DNA from: Smithellaceae bacterium
Lineage (GTDB): Bacteria; Desulfobacterota; Syntrophia; Syntrophales; Smithellaceae
DNA length: 64,000 nucleotides
Reading direction: 5' to 3'
NCBI GenBank assembly: GCA_963667845.2
Contig: CAXXVL010000001.1
Span: 928,001 to 992,000, forward strand
In this document: positions 9,362-19,420 of the stretch, piece by piece
How the letters are laid out: every line of letters begins with the position of its first letter
Position numbering within the stretch: the first letter of the stretch is position 1
Made by a program: the position numbers and the translations under genes
Notes under the pieces: model-generated
What the model was told of the DNA's origin: nothing
What the model saw: the letters and a program-made list of their open reading frames with translations, nothing else
Databases searched by the model: none

Positions 9362-10249
9362 GTGATGATGAACGAGATTTTTAATTCCAGACGGATCAGA
9401 ATAGGTCTGGCGGCCTTGATTACGGTGATTTTTATATGCGGTCTTGTGTATTCTGTTTTCAGCGCAGAAACAAAAGGCGCTGCCGATGCAAGAGTTATCC
9501 AAAAGACGGCTGCGTTCTTGCCGGATCAGGACAAAGGGGCATTAAAGGATCGATTAATTTCAGAAGCAAAAGAAGAAGTGATTCTCAAAGCGATCAGCGG
9601 CCTAGTCCATACGGCGGTTATCAAAGTTGAGAAAGCTCGAATTCTTCAATGCATGAAAAAGAATGCCGATGACTTATTCTCCGAATTTGTGATTATTTCA
9701 GAAAAGGAAGAAAACAATTCATATACGGTCTCAATATCCGCAAAAATCAATCAGACTGTGCTGGGATCAAGATTGTATGCCTGTGTCCGCGAAAAACGAG
9801 CGCTCCTGATTATTTCGGAAAAAAAATCAGGCATGACGCAGAAAGATGGCCATATCAGCCCGGCGGTTGTTGAAGTTCTCAAAAAGAAGATGATGAATTT
9901 GTATGATCTTCAGGGCAAGATCAACAAAGCAAGCAAAAAATATGCTGATGCGGCGCGGGAAGGGAGCAGGGATGAAGCATTTATTTTAGGCAGATACTAT
10001 CTTGCCGAATATCTGATTGTCGCTTCAGCAGCCGCCGAATTCAGTGAGCAGGCGATGGATATTTATTCGGCTCGGGCTAGCGGCAGGGTCGAGGTTTACC
10101 GGATCAGGGATCGGAAACAACTGTTTTCGTCCCGGCTGGAGCAGCTCAAGGGCTTTGGAAGCAACAAAGACAAGGCGGTTGACGATGCGCTGAAAGTATG
10201 CGCAAAAGAAATTTCCAAAATAGTTTCAAACGTGTTGGATATAAAATAA
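9362..10249 (+). CDS. Hypothetical exported/membrane-anchored protein
   Basis: 295-aa ORF with a basic-then-hydrophobic N-terminus; no catalytic motif recognised. Confidence 0.7.
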   Translation: MMMNEIFNSRRIRIGLAALITVIFICGLVYSVFSAETKGAADARVIQKTAAFLPDQDKGALKDRLISEAKEEVILKAISGLVHTAVIKVEKARILQCMKKNADDLFSEFVIISEKEENNSYTVSISAKINQTVLGSRLYACVREKRALLIISEKKSGMTQKDGHISPAVVEVLKKKMMNLYDLQGKINKASKKYADAAREGSRDEAFILGRYYLAEYLIVASAAAEFSEQAMDIYSARASGRVEVYRIRDRKQLFSSRLEQLKGFGSNKDKAVDDALKVCAKEISKIVSNVLDIK

Positions 10250-10289
10250 GAAAGAAAAGCCAGTTGACGGTAGCGGAGTTTCAGGTGAA

Positions 10290-12494
10290 ATGAAGACCTG
10301 CCCTTTTTGCGCGGAAGAGATCAAGGAAGAAGCCATTAAGTGCCGTTATTGCGGGTCGATGGTAAATGAGCCATTGACTGGGAAAAGGGCGCCGGACCCG
10401 TTTGATGAGGCTGGACGGAAGACGGAATCCATCATTGCAGACCCCTTCGACGAAGCACATCAGACTGTCACGATCATAGGAGCAGGCTATAAGATAGAAG
10501 ACCGCTACGAGATCCTGTTCAAACTGGGAGAAGGGGGCATGGGGCAAGTGTTCCTGACGCAGGATACCCAGTTGGATAATGAACCCAGAGCCATTAAGAT
10601 ATTACCGGACCAGGTGCGCAATGATTTCAAGGCAGTGAACCGATTGAAGGATGAAGCCAAGATTACCATGTCGCTTTCCCACCCGAATATCGTGAAGCTG
10701 TATAACTATGGCAATGACGGGAAAGTACACTACCTGATCATGGAATATGTGAACGGGATCGACTTACTTACTTATACGGCCTTAAAAGGGAAGATAGCAG
10801 AGAAAGAAGTAAGAAGGATCGGGATAGAAGTAGCCAAAGCATTACAGATAGCCCATGAATACAGACACCATAATAATGATAAAGGCATCATCCACCGGGA
10901 TATCAAGCCGGCCAATATCCTGCTGGAGTCCAGAGACTTGGACATCAAAGCCATCAAAAGCAAGGGAACAAACCTGCAACAAAAAGATATACAAGATTTA
11001 ACAGGCGCCACGGTAAAGCTGACCGACTTCGGGATCGCCCGGCAGGTAAGAGAGAGCATGAGCCGTTACAGCCGGGGAGACACATCAGGCACCCTTTTGT
11101 ACATGTCACCGGAGCAGTATGAAAACAGAGGCGTGGACCATCGAAGTGATTTGTACTCATTGGGAGTGACCCTTTATGAATTACTCTCCGGAGATCCTCC
11201 TTTTACCGGAGAGAGTATTTCCTACCAGATCATGAGCAGGAAACCCGAGCCCATAGCAGGCATCAGCGATGAATTAAACGCCATCATTCTGAAACTGTTG
11301 GAGAAGGACAAGGATAAGCGATACGCCAACGCAAATGAACTGATTGCTCATTTGTCCGGTAAAGCCGAAAAGACCGTAAAACAAAAGGCAGAGAGAAAAC
11401 CTGAGAGGCAGGAGATAAAACAGGAAGAAAACAGTCAGGAAGAAGCAAAGGGCAAGATTGAAACCCTCGCAACAGAGAAAAAAGAACCGGCCTTAGTCAA
11501 GTGTCGGGAATGCGGCAGACGGAGGAAGCAGGAAGACACGTTTGAGTGCCGGATCTGCAAGCGGGATTATCTATGCAATGACCATTATGTGAAAGACATC
11601 CGGGCCTGTGAGACATGCCGAGATGCAGACGATGAGCTATGGGCAACCTATCTTGAGAGACGGGATTATGAAGGATACATCAAGAAAAGCGATATAAAAC
11701 TACACGCAAAGGAAGCCAGGGAAGCACAGGCCAACCAACTCAAGGAAGAAAAAGAGGAAGCACGTCGCAGAGAAGCTGAAAAAAAGCGTCAGCAGGTGCT
11801 AAAAGAAAAAGAAGCTGCTGAACGGAAAGCCAGAGAAGAGGATGCAAAAAAGCAGTTTACCTCCCCCACACTGAATGCGAAGTTTGTGTTGATACCCGCA
11901 GGCACATTTATGATGGGATCACTTAAAAATGAAGAAGATCGATATGATGATGAAACCCAGCATCGGGTGACTATTTCGAAGCCGTTTTACATGCAGACGA
12001 CGCCCGTGACACAGGGGCAGTGGCAGAGTGTTATGAGAGATAATCCTTCATACTTTAAAGGGAACGATCAATTACCGGTAGAATGTGTATCATGGGATGA
12101 TGTTCAGGAATTTATCAAGAAGTTAAATAAAATGGAAGGAACGGATAAGTATCGGTTACCGACGGAAGCGGAATGGGAATATGCGGCAAGAGCAGGAACC
12201 ACAGGCGCCAGATATGGGGAGATAGATGAGATTGCCTGGTATAATGAAAACTCGGATGGCAAAACCCACCCGGTAGGCGAAAAAGCCCCGAATGCGTGGG
12301 GCTTGTATGACATGCTGGGGAATGTCTGGGAGTGGGCTCAGGACTTGTATGAAAGATTTTCGATGTTCTTCCGTATGAATCGCGGCGGCAGCTGGGATAA
12401 CTTCGCCAGTTTCTGCCGCGCGGCGAATCGTGGCAACGACAATCCGGACAACCGCGGCAACAATCTGGGGTTTCGCCTCGTCAGGGCACTTTAG
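10290..12494 (+). CDS. Zn-ribbon/Ser-Thr kinase (cassette 1) + Cys/His finger + coiled coil + C-terminal FGE-sulfatase/CLec domain
   Basis: Kinase motifs; CREC..CRIC..C.DH..CETC; FGE motifs ending NRGGSWDNFASFCRAANRGNDNPDNRGNNLGFRL. Confidence 0.9.
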   Translation: MKTCPFCAEEIKEEAIKCRYCGSMVNEPLTGKRAPDPFDEAGRKTESIIADPFDEAHQTVTIIGAGYKIEDRYEILFKLGEGGMGQVFLTQDTQLDNEPRAIKILPDQVRNDFKAVNRLKDEAKITMSLSHPNIVKLYNYGNDGKVHYLIMEYVNGIDLLTYTALKGKIAEKEVRRIGIEVAKALQIAHEYRHHNNDKGIIHRDIKPANILLESRDLDIKAIKSKGTNLQQKDIQDLTGATVKLTDFGIARQVRESMSRYSRGDTSGTLLYMSPEQYENRGVDHRSDLYSLGVTLYELLSGDPPFTGESISYQIMSRKPEPIAGISDELNAIILKLLEKDKDKRYANANELIAHLSGKAEKTVKQKAERKPERQEIKQEENSQEEAKGKIETLATEKKEPALVKCRECGRRRKQEDTFECRICKRDYLCNDHYVKDIRACETCRDADDELWATYLERRDYEGYIKKSDIKLHAKEAREAQANQLKEEKEEARRREAEKKRQQVLKEKEAAERKAREEDAKKQFTSPTLNAKFVLIPAGTFMMGSLKNEEDRYDDETQHRVTISKPFYMQTTPVTQGQWQSVMRDNPSYFKGNDQLPVECVSWDDVQEFIKKLNKMEGTDKYRLPTEAEWEYAARAGTTGARYGEIDEIAWYNENSDGKTHPVGEKAPNAWGLYDMLGNVWEWAQDLYERFSMFFRMNRGGSWDNFASFCRAANRGNDNPDNRGNNLGFRLVRAL

Positions 12495-12540
12495 GTTTTG
12501 GCTTTTTACCTTTTGGAGGGGTAAGTTGAAGTAGTCTGTT

Positions 12541-12607
12541 TGTGCTGGAGCCATCAGGCTGATGGCACCGAAAAGCTCCGTTTCAAACGAAGGACGATTG
12601 AACCAGC
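12541..12607 (+). repeat. Conserved ~65-nt intergenic element (other copies ~1904-1970, ~15848-15902, 29464-29530, degenerate ~19277-19318)
   Basis: TGTGC..CCATCA.G.TGAT.GC.CCGAAA.G...GGTTCAATCG-AAGGA-CGATTGAACCAGC consensus. Confidence 0.75.
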
Positions 12608-12705
12608 AAAGGATCGGCAAAGAAAAACCAAGCCCGCCGCCGCAGCCGTCTGATCGGCGGCTTCGGCGGTATGGATAAGAAATTTAGATTTACCGGAGAT
12701 AATTA

Positions 12706-15700
12706 ATGAAGGACTGCCCTTTTTGCGCGGAAGAGATCAAGGAAGAAGCCATTAAGTGCCGTTATTGCGGGTCGATGGTAAATGAGCCATTGCCCAGGAA
12801 AGGGGCGCCGGACCCGTTTGATGAGGCTGGACGGAAGACGGAATCCATCATTGCAGACCCCTTCGACGAAGCACATCAGACTGTCACGATCATAGGAGCA
12901 GGCTATAAGATAGAAGACCGCTACGAGATCCTGTTCAAACTGGGAGAAGGGGGCATGGGGCAAGTGTTCCTGACGCAGGATACCCAGTTGGATAATGAAC
13001 CCAGAGCCATTAAGATATTACCGGACCAGGTGCGCAATGATTTCAAGGCAGTGAACCGATTGAAGGATGAAGCCAAGATTACCATGTCGCTTTCCCACCC
13101 GAATATCGTGAAGCTGTATAACTATGGCAATGACGGGAAAGTACACTACCTGATCATGGAATATGTGAACGGGATCGACTTACTTACTTATACGGCCTTA
13201 AAAGGGAAGATAGCAGAGAAAGAAGTAAGAAGGATCGGGATAGAAGTAGCCAAAGCATTACAGATAGCCCATGAATACAGACACCATAATAATGATAAAG
13301 GCATCATCCACCGGGACATCAAGCCGGCCAATATCCTGCTGGAGTCCAGAGACTTGGACATCAAAGCCATCAAAAGCAAGGGAACAAACCTGCAACAAAA
13401 AGATATACAAGATTTAACAGGCGCCACGGTAAAGCTGACCGACTTCGGGATAGCTCGTCAGGTAAGAGAGAGCATGAGCCGTTACAGCCGGGGAGACACA
13501 TCAGGCACCCTTTTGTACATGTCACCGGAGCAGTATGAAAACAGAGGCGTGGACCATCGAAGTGATTTGTACTCATTGGGAGTGACCCTTTATGAATTAC
13601 TCTCCGGAGATCCTCCTTTTACCGGAGAGAGTATTTCCTACCAGATCATGAGCAGGAAACCCGATCCGATCGAAGGGATCAGCGACGAATTCAACACGAT
13701 CATCCTGAAACTGTTGGAGAAGGACAAGGAGAAGCGCTATCCCAACGCGGCGGAACTAATTGCCCAACTCTTCGGGAAAGCCGACAAAACCTTAAAGCAC
13801 AAGAGTAATGAGCCGCAGGAGGACAAGCAGGAAGCCTCCCGGGAGAAACCGGAAGCATTCGGCGGGGATTGTTTTGTGACCATCCGGACCAGTGAAGACT
13901 GCCAGATCTGGATCGACGGACAACATGCCGGAGATACAAAGAACAAGAGCATCGTATTTAAGGACTTAAGAAGCGGCAAGCATAATATAGAAGGAAGGAC
14001 ACCCTATCTTCGTGCTGTTATTGAAGAAGACTTCAAGCCGAAAGATGTCAAGAAGATTAATCTGGACCTGAAAGAAATATTATGTGAACTGCGAGCCATT
14101 TCGGACGGGATCGAGTACGAGCTGACCATCGACGGGAAGACCCACGAATGCCCGGCCATAATTCAAGAAATCACGGCGGGCCGGAAGCAGATGACCGTTA
14201 AAACAAAAGACATCACCTTTACCGAAGAGATCGACATCAAGTCGGAATCCGAAAACGAATATGACCTGACGTCGGAGCGGATAGCTGAAAGGAAAAAAAG
14301 GCTGATCAGCGGGATCAAGGGTATATTAGAAAAAGCGATTGAGACAAGAGCAGTAACAGGAAGCAATATAGACGGAAAAATAGACGAACTGGCGAGACTG
14401 GACAGTGAGGAAGGCAAAACCTACAAAGACACAGTCAGGGCCTTGCGCAGCCAGATCGAAGAAGAGAAACGGAAGACAGAAGACAGGAATTGGCAGAAAA
14501 CGCAGAAGCAGGGGACAATCGAAGCCTATACCACTTACATCAATGAATACCCCAGGAGCCTCTACGTGAAAGATGCGCAAACCGCAGTCAAGAATATCGA
14601 GTGTGAGGAAAAGGAAAGAAGTCGTTATGAAGACGAGCAATACTGTCAGAAACCAGAGGATTACTGGCGGGAGGCAGAAGCACGCAAAGAAGAAGATAAG
14701 GCATGGGTTGAATGTCAGAAGCACCGAAGCATCTCAAGGTATAAGACTTACCTAGGGGTATATCCGCATGGTCGATATGTCCTGGGTGCAAATCGAGGAA
14801 TTGCTGAACTTAAGGAACAAGAGAGGAAGAAGCGGGGAGAGGAAGTTAAAAATAAAGTGCTACAAAAAGAAGAGCAGTCCTGGCAGAAGGCAAGAGAGAG
14901 CAATAACATAGAGGATTACTGGCGGGAGGCAGAAGCACGTAAAGAAGAAGATAATGCATGGGTTGAATGTCAGAGGAAGCGAAGCATTTCCGCATATGAG
15001 GATTACCTGGAGAACTATCCCCGGGGGCGCTATGTATTGGGTGCAAATCAAGGCATTACTGAACTTAGGGAAGACGAGAGAAAGAAGCGGGAAGAAGAAT
15101 CGAAAATAAAGTTTACCTCCCCCACACTGAATGCGAAGTTTGTGTTGATTCCAGCGGGGACGTTTACCATGGGATCACCTAAATTTGAAGAAGGACGATA
15201 TGGTAGCGAACCGCAGCATCAGGTAACGATAAGCAAGCCTTTTTACATGCAGACCACACCGGTTACACAGGGGCAGTGGAAGGCGATTATGGGTAGTAAT
15301 CCCTCAAACTTCGAAGGTGATGATTTGCCGGTGGAGCAAGCTTCCTGGAATGATGTCCAAGAATTTATCAAGAAACTAAACAAACAGGAAGAAACGGATA
15401 AATACCGGTTACCGACGGAAGCAGAGTGGGAGTATGCGGCAAGAGCGGGGACAACAGATGCGCGATACAGGGATTTGGATGAGATTGCCTGGTATGATGA
15501 AAACTCGGATAAAATAACCCATCCAGTAGGCCAAAAGAGACCGAATGCGTGGGGTTTGTATGACATGCTGGGGAATGTCTTTGAGTGGGTAGATGACTGG
15601 TACGAGGATTACCCAACCGGCCCTGTTACCGACCCGAAAGGTCCGTCAACAGGCTCCTTCCTGGTGAATCGCGGCGGCAGCTGGGACAGCGATGCCAGGT

Positions 15701-15780
15701 GCTGCCGCGCAGCGTACCGCGGCCTCACCCCGGTTGACCGCGACCGCGATCTGGGTTTTCGCATCGCCAGGACATATTAG
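12706..15780 (+). CDS. Zn-ribbon/Ser-Thr kinase (cassette 1) + PEGA-like region + YPxGxY helical repeats + FGE-sulfatase/CLec domain
   Basis: Kinase motifs; IWIDG..G.T PEGA-like strands; W...Y..YL..YP.GRY repeats; FGE motifs. Confidence 0.9.
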   Translation: MKDCPFCAEEIKEEAIKCRYCGSMVNEPLPRKGAPDPFDEAGRKTESIIADPFDEAHQTVTIIGAGYKIEDRYEILFKLGEGGMGQVFLTQDTQLDNEPRAIKILPDQVRNDFKAVNRLKDEAKITMSLSHPNIVKLYNYGNDGKVHYLIMEYVNGIDLLTYTALKGKIAEKEVRRIGIEVAKALQIAHEYRHHNNDKGIIHRDIKPANILLESRDLDIKAIKSKGTNLQQKDIQDLTGATVKLTDFGIARQVRESMSRYSRGDTSGTLLYMSPEQYENRGVDHRSDLYSLGVTLYELLSGDPPFTGESISYQIMSRKPDPIEGISDEFNTIILKLLEKDKEKRYPNAAELIAQLFGKADKTLKHKSNEPQEDKQEASREKPEAFGGDCFVTIRTSEDCQIWIDGQHAGDTKNKSIVFKDLRSGKHNIEGRTPYLRAVIEEDFKPKDVKKINLDLKEILCELRAISDGIEYELTIDGKTHECPAIIQEITAGRKQMTVKTKDITFTEEIDIKSESENEYDLTSERIAERKKRLISGIKGILEKAIETRAVTGSNIDGKIDELARLDSEEGKTYKDTVRALRSQIEEEKRKTEDRNWQKTQKQGTIEAYTTYINEYPRSLYVKDAQTAVKNIECEEKERSRYEDEQYCQKPEDYWREAEARKEEDKAWVECQKHRSISRYKTYLGVYPHGRYVLGANRGIAELKEQERKKRGEEVKNKVLQKEEQSWQKARESNNIEDYWREAEARKEEDNAWVECQRKRSISAYEDYLENYPRGRYVLGANQGITELREDERKKREEESKIKFTSPTLNAKFVLIPAGTFTMGSPKFEEGRYGSEPQHQVTISKPFYMQTTPVTQGQWKAIMGSNPSNFEGDDLPVEQASWNDVQEFIKKLNKQEETDKYRLPTEAEWEYAARAGTTDARYRDLDEIAWYDENSDKITHPVGQKRPNAWGLYDMLGNVFEWVDDWYEDYPTGPVTDPKGPSTGSFLVNRGGSWDSDARCCRAAYRGLTPVDRDRDLGFRIARTY

Positions 15781-15883
15781 GTTTTACATTTTTACCTTTT
15801 GGCCTCAGGCCGCTGAATCCGTCACGAAAGTCAGCGGCCTGCAAGATGCTGAGATGGTTGTTCCGAAATGTGCCGGTTCAAGT

Positions 15884-17674
15884 GAAGGACGAATGAACCA
15901 GCAAAAACAAGCAAAAAGATTGAAGTGACAAAGGAAAGGCTAGGCCCGCCTCCAAAGCAATCGGGTCAGTGTCAGGGTGATATAAATCAGATATTCAAAT
16001 TTATCGGAAACACAGAATGAAGAGCTGCCCTTTTTGCGCTGAAGAAATCAAGGAAGAAGCCATCAAGTGCCGTTATTGCGGCTCGATGGTGAATGAGCCG
16101 ATGGCGGACATTCGACCGGCCAATTATGCTGCTGCGAACTCCATTTTATCATTTGAGTCTGATCCGTTTGACGATCCTTATCGGATTACCATGAGCAACC
16201 TGGATGCCGGGGTGAAGATCGGTGAGCGCTACCTGATCAGGTTGAGACTGGGCAGAGGGGGGATGGGTGAGGTTTATTTAACGGAGGACACGCAGCTCAA
16301 CGGAGCCAGGCGGGCGGTGAAGGTATTACCGGATAAACTGGCAGAAGACCCCAAGGCCGTGAACCGGTTGAAGGAAGAAGCCAGTCTGGCGATGGAACTG
16401 AATCATCCTGGCATTGTGAGATTGTACAATTACGAGAACAGCGGGAAAGTCCATTATTTAGTGATGGAATACGTAAACGGGATCGATTTAAACACCTATA
16501 TCGGGGTGAAGAAGAAAGTAAACGAGACACAGGCAAGACGGATCGGATTGGCAATCGCAGAGGCCTTGCGGATACCCCATCACCATACACCGGCGATCGT
16601 ACACCGGGACATCAAGCCGTCGAACATCCTGCTGGAATGGCCGGAACTGAACATAGAACAGATTAAGGGAAAAAAGGTTTCCGACATCCTCGGGGGAGAT
16701 ATACCAGATATAGAAAGAGCTGGTGTTCGGCTTGCCGATTTCGGGATAGCCCGTCAGGTTCGGGACAGCATGAGCACACTGGGATTGGTACAGGACACAT
16801 CGGGCACTTTGTTGTACATGTCCCCCGAGCAGATACGCGGGAAGGGGATCGACACCCGGACGGACTTATATTCATTGGGGGTGACTTTGTATGAGCTGTT
16901 GTCCGGAGACCCGCCATTTGTCGGGGCATCAGCAACACACCAGATACTGGAGGAAACCCCTGAACCGATCAAAGGGATCAGCGAAGAATTAAACGCCATC
17001 ATCCTTAAGTTATTAGAGAAGGACAAGGAGAAACGTTTTCAGAACACCGGAGAATTGATAGGTCGCCTGAGGAAAGAAGGCGCATCCAACCTTTCAAAGG
17101 AGAAGAAAAAGAGCTCTAAAGATGAAGCGGTCAAAGGAACTGATGCAATATTTGGAGGTAACGTTCATCTGTCTGTTAAGACCAGTGAGAACTGCGGGAT
17201 ATGGATCGATGACATCAGGGTGGGAGAAACAAAAAACAGGACCCTTATATTTAAAGACATCAGGAGTGGCAGGCATAGGATCGAGGGGAGAACGAGATAT
17301 CAGCGGGCGATTGATGAGGTGGAGTTTAAGCCGAATGGTGTCGGAAATCTGAATCTTATCCTGCAGGATGTATTATGTGATTTACGGGCGATATCGGACG
17401 GGATTGATTATGAGTTGACCCTGGACGGGAAGAACCATGAATGTCCCAAGCTGATCGAGCAGATACCTGCCGGGAAGAAGACAGTAACGATCAAGACGAG
17501 GGACGTGTCTTTTAATGAAGAGATCGAGCTGCTTTATGACGAAGTGAACGAATATGAACTGACCGAAGTAAAGCTCAAAGAAGTTATAGATAATAGAAAA
17601 GAAGAACTCGTGCGCTGTTTACAGGATTCCATAAGAACCCGGTCCATCGGGAATACGGATGAATGGATTGCCGA
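15884..17674 (+). repeat. ~1.79-kb direct repeat (second copy 29512-31302) covering leader + kinase cassette 2 + PEGA-like region
   Basis: Constant offset of 13628; the shadow ORFs are identical in both copies. Confidence 0.92.
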
Positions 17675-19304
17675 GTTATCAAACCTGGATCAGGCGCGAG
17701 GCAAGGTATATAGGAGTAACATCAACCGTCTTCATCAGGAGATTAGAAAAGAAGAAAGCCGGAAGGTGGAAGAGGATCTCTGGCAGGCGGTAAAGACCAA
17801 GGGAACGTGGGATGCATACAATGATTATTTGAAGAAGTATCCTAAGGGGCGTTACATCCAAGATGCAAAAGCGGCGCTTGATGAGATTAAGAAGCAGGAC
17901 GCGGAAGAAGCTTCAAGATATTTCAGCTCAGGTGAAGTATATTATAAAAAAGGCAACTATGACCGGGCAATCGAGGATTTTACAATGACAATAAAATTAA
18001 ATCCGAACGATGCCTTTGCATATAAAAGCCGGGGATCTGCATGGGACAAGAAAGGTAACTATGACCGGGCCGTCGAGGATTATACAAAGGCAATAGAACT
18101 GGCCCCAAAAGATGCTGTTGCATTCAACAATCGGGGAGTTGCTTGGTGTAACAAAACCGATTATGACCGGGCAATCGAGGATTTTACAATGACAATAAAA
18201 TTAAATCCGAACGATGCCTTGGCATATAAAAACCGGGGATTTGCATGGAACAACAAAGGTAACTATGACCGGGCCGTCGAGGATTATACAAAGGCAATAG
18301 AACTGGCCCCAAAAGATGCTGTTGCGTTCAACAATCGGGGAGTTGCTTGGTGTAACAAAACCGATTATGACCGGGCGTCCGATGATTATACAAGGGCAAT
18401 AGAGTTGGATCCGAAATTTACCATGGCATACAAGAACCGAGGTGATGTATGGATTAAGAAAGGTAACTATGACTGGGCAATCGAAGATTATTATAAAGTA
18501 TTAAATCTAAATCCTTCAACTTCACTTAAAGAAACTATTGAGAAAGAGATTCGGAAAATTGAAGGGAAAATAACCGATCCTGTTACAGGAATAAAATTTA
18601 TTTTTGTCAAAGGTGGTTGTTTTGATATGGGTGACGTCTTTGGCGGCGGGAGAAGTAATGAAAAACCTGTTCATGAAATTTGTGTTGGTGATTTTTATAT
18701 AAGCAAGTTCCCAGTAACACAGGGGCAGTGGAAAATGATAATAGGCAATAACCCATCAAGACACTCTTACTATTTCTCGGATGACCAACCCGTGGAAAAT
18801 ATTGACTGGCATGACGTTCAAGAGTTTATTAGTAAACTCAATGACAGAAGTGGCAAGACATATCGTTTACCCACGGAGGCAGAGTGGGAGTATGCGGCCC
18901 GTAGCGGTGGAAAACGGGAAATGTATGCCGGGACGAGTAATGAAAGTGAAATTTACGATTATGCTTCCTGCATGAGAAAAGATAATGGACCAAATAAAGT
19001 TGGAAGCAAAAAACCGAACAGCTTGGGATTATATGATATGTCAGGGAATGTCTGGGAACTCTGTGCGGATTGGTATGAAGAGACGTATTACAAAAACAGT
19101 CCAAAACAGAATCCTGAAGGTCCGCCTTCCGGGTCTCATCATGTCGCGCGAGGTGGGTCTTGGGACTCCAATTACAAATGTGTGCGCGTTGCATACCGTC
19201 GACCAATTGGACGTAAACTCAATAACGAGAGTCACCAGAACGTCGGATTTCGACTTGTGTTGCCGGTTGGGCAGTCAGGCTCCGGAAAGGTCCTTTTCAT
19301 TTGA
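16017..19304 (+). CDS. Zn-ribbon/Ser-Thr kinase (cassette 2) + PEGA-like + TPRs + FGE-sulfatase/CLec domain
   Basis: GRGGMG, HRDIKPSN, DFG; about six 34-aa TPRs (YDRAIEDY..AIEL.P); FGE motifs. Confidence 0.9.
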   Translation: MKSCPFCAEEIKEEAIKCRYCGSMVNEPMADIRPANYAAANSILSFESDPFDDPYRITMSNLDAGVKIGERYLIRLRLGRGGMGEVYLTEDTQLNGARRAVKVLPDKLAEDPKAVNRLKEEASLAMELNHPGIVRLYNYENSGKVHYLVMEYVNGIDLNTYIGVKKKVNETQARRIGLAIAEALRIPHHHTPAIVHRDIKPSNILLEWPELNIEQIKGKKVSDILGGDIPDIERAGVRLADFGIARQVRDSMSTLGLVQDTSGTLLYMSPEQIRGKGIDTRTDLYSLGVTLYELLSGDPPFVGASATHQILEETPEPIKGISEELNAIILKLLEKDKEKRFQNTGELIGRLRKEGASNLSKEKKKSSKDEAVKGTDAIFGGNVHLSVKTSENCGIWIDDIRVGETKNRTLIFKDIRSGRHRIEGRTRYQRAIDEVEFKPNGVGNLNLILQDVLCDLRAISDGIDYELTLDGKNHECPKLIEQIPAGKKTVTIKTRDVSFNEEIELLYDEVNEYELTEVKLKEVIDNRKEELVRCLQDSIRTRSIGNTDEWIAELSNLDQARGKVYRSNINRLHQEIRKEESRKVEEDLWQAVKTKGTWDAYNDYLKKYPKGRYIQDAKAALDEIKKQDAEEASRYFSSGEVYYKKGNYDRAIEDFTMTIKLNPNDAFAYKSRGSAWDKKGNYDRAVEDYTKAIELAPKDAVAFNNRGVAWCNKTDYDRAIEDFTMTIKLNPNDALAYKNRGFAWNNKGNYDRAVEDYTKAIELAPKDAVAFNNRGVAWCNKTDYDRASDDYTRAIELDPKFTMAYKNRGDVWIKKGNYDWAIEDYYKVLNLNPSTSLKETIEKEIRKIEGKITDPVTGIKFIFVKGGCFDMGDVFGGGRSNEKPVHEICVGDFYISKFPVTQGQWKMIIGNNPSRHSYYFSDDQPVENIDWHDVQEFISKLNDRSGKTYRLPTEAEWEYAARSGGKREMYAGTSNESEIYDYASCMRKDNGPNKVGSKKPNSLGLYDMSGNVWELCADWYEETYYKNSPKQNPEGPPSGSHHVARGGSWDSNYKCVRVAYRRPIGRKLNNESHQNVGFRLVLPVGQSGSGKVLFI

Positions 19305-19385
19305 AGAATGATTGAACCTAAAAAAGTTAAGCGGCAACACATTGTCCGTTTTCCTCAAAATGTCATAAATAATTCTGTCTAAAAC

Positions 19386-19413
19386 TGCATAAAACTCTTT
19401 CCTTCCTCGTCTA
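19386..19413 (+). promoter_or_regulatory. Putative ECF promoter (TGCATAAA-N14-CGTCTA), probably giving a leaderless rodA mRNA
   Basis: Copy of the motif; only 7 nt between the -10 element and the ATG at 19421, and no Shine-Dalgarno sequence. Confidence 0.7.
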
Positions 19414-19420
19414 CTCAGGT

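Noticed and set aside
47..19304. True formylglycine-generating enzymes
   Set aside because: The catalytic Cys pair motif of FGE is not evident and there are no sulfatases; the domains are treated as CLec-fold binding modules.
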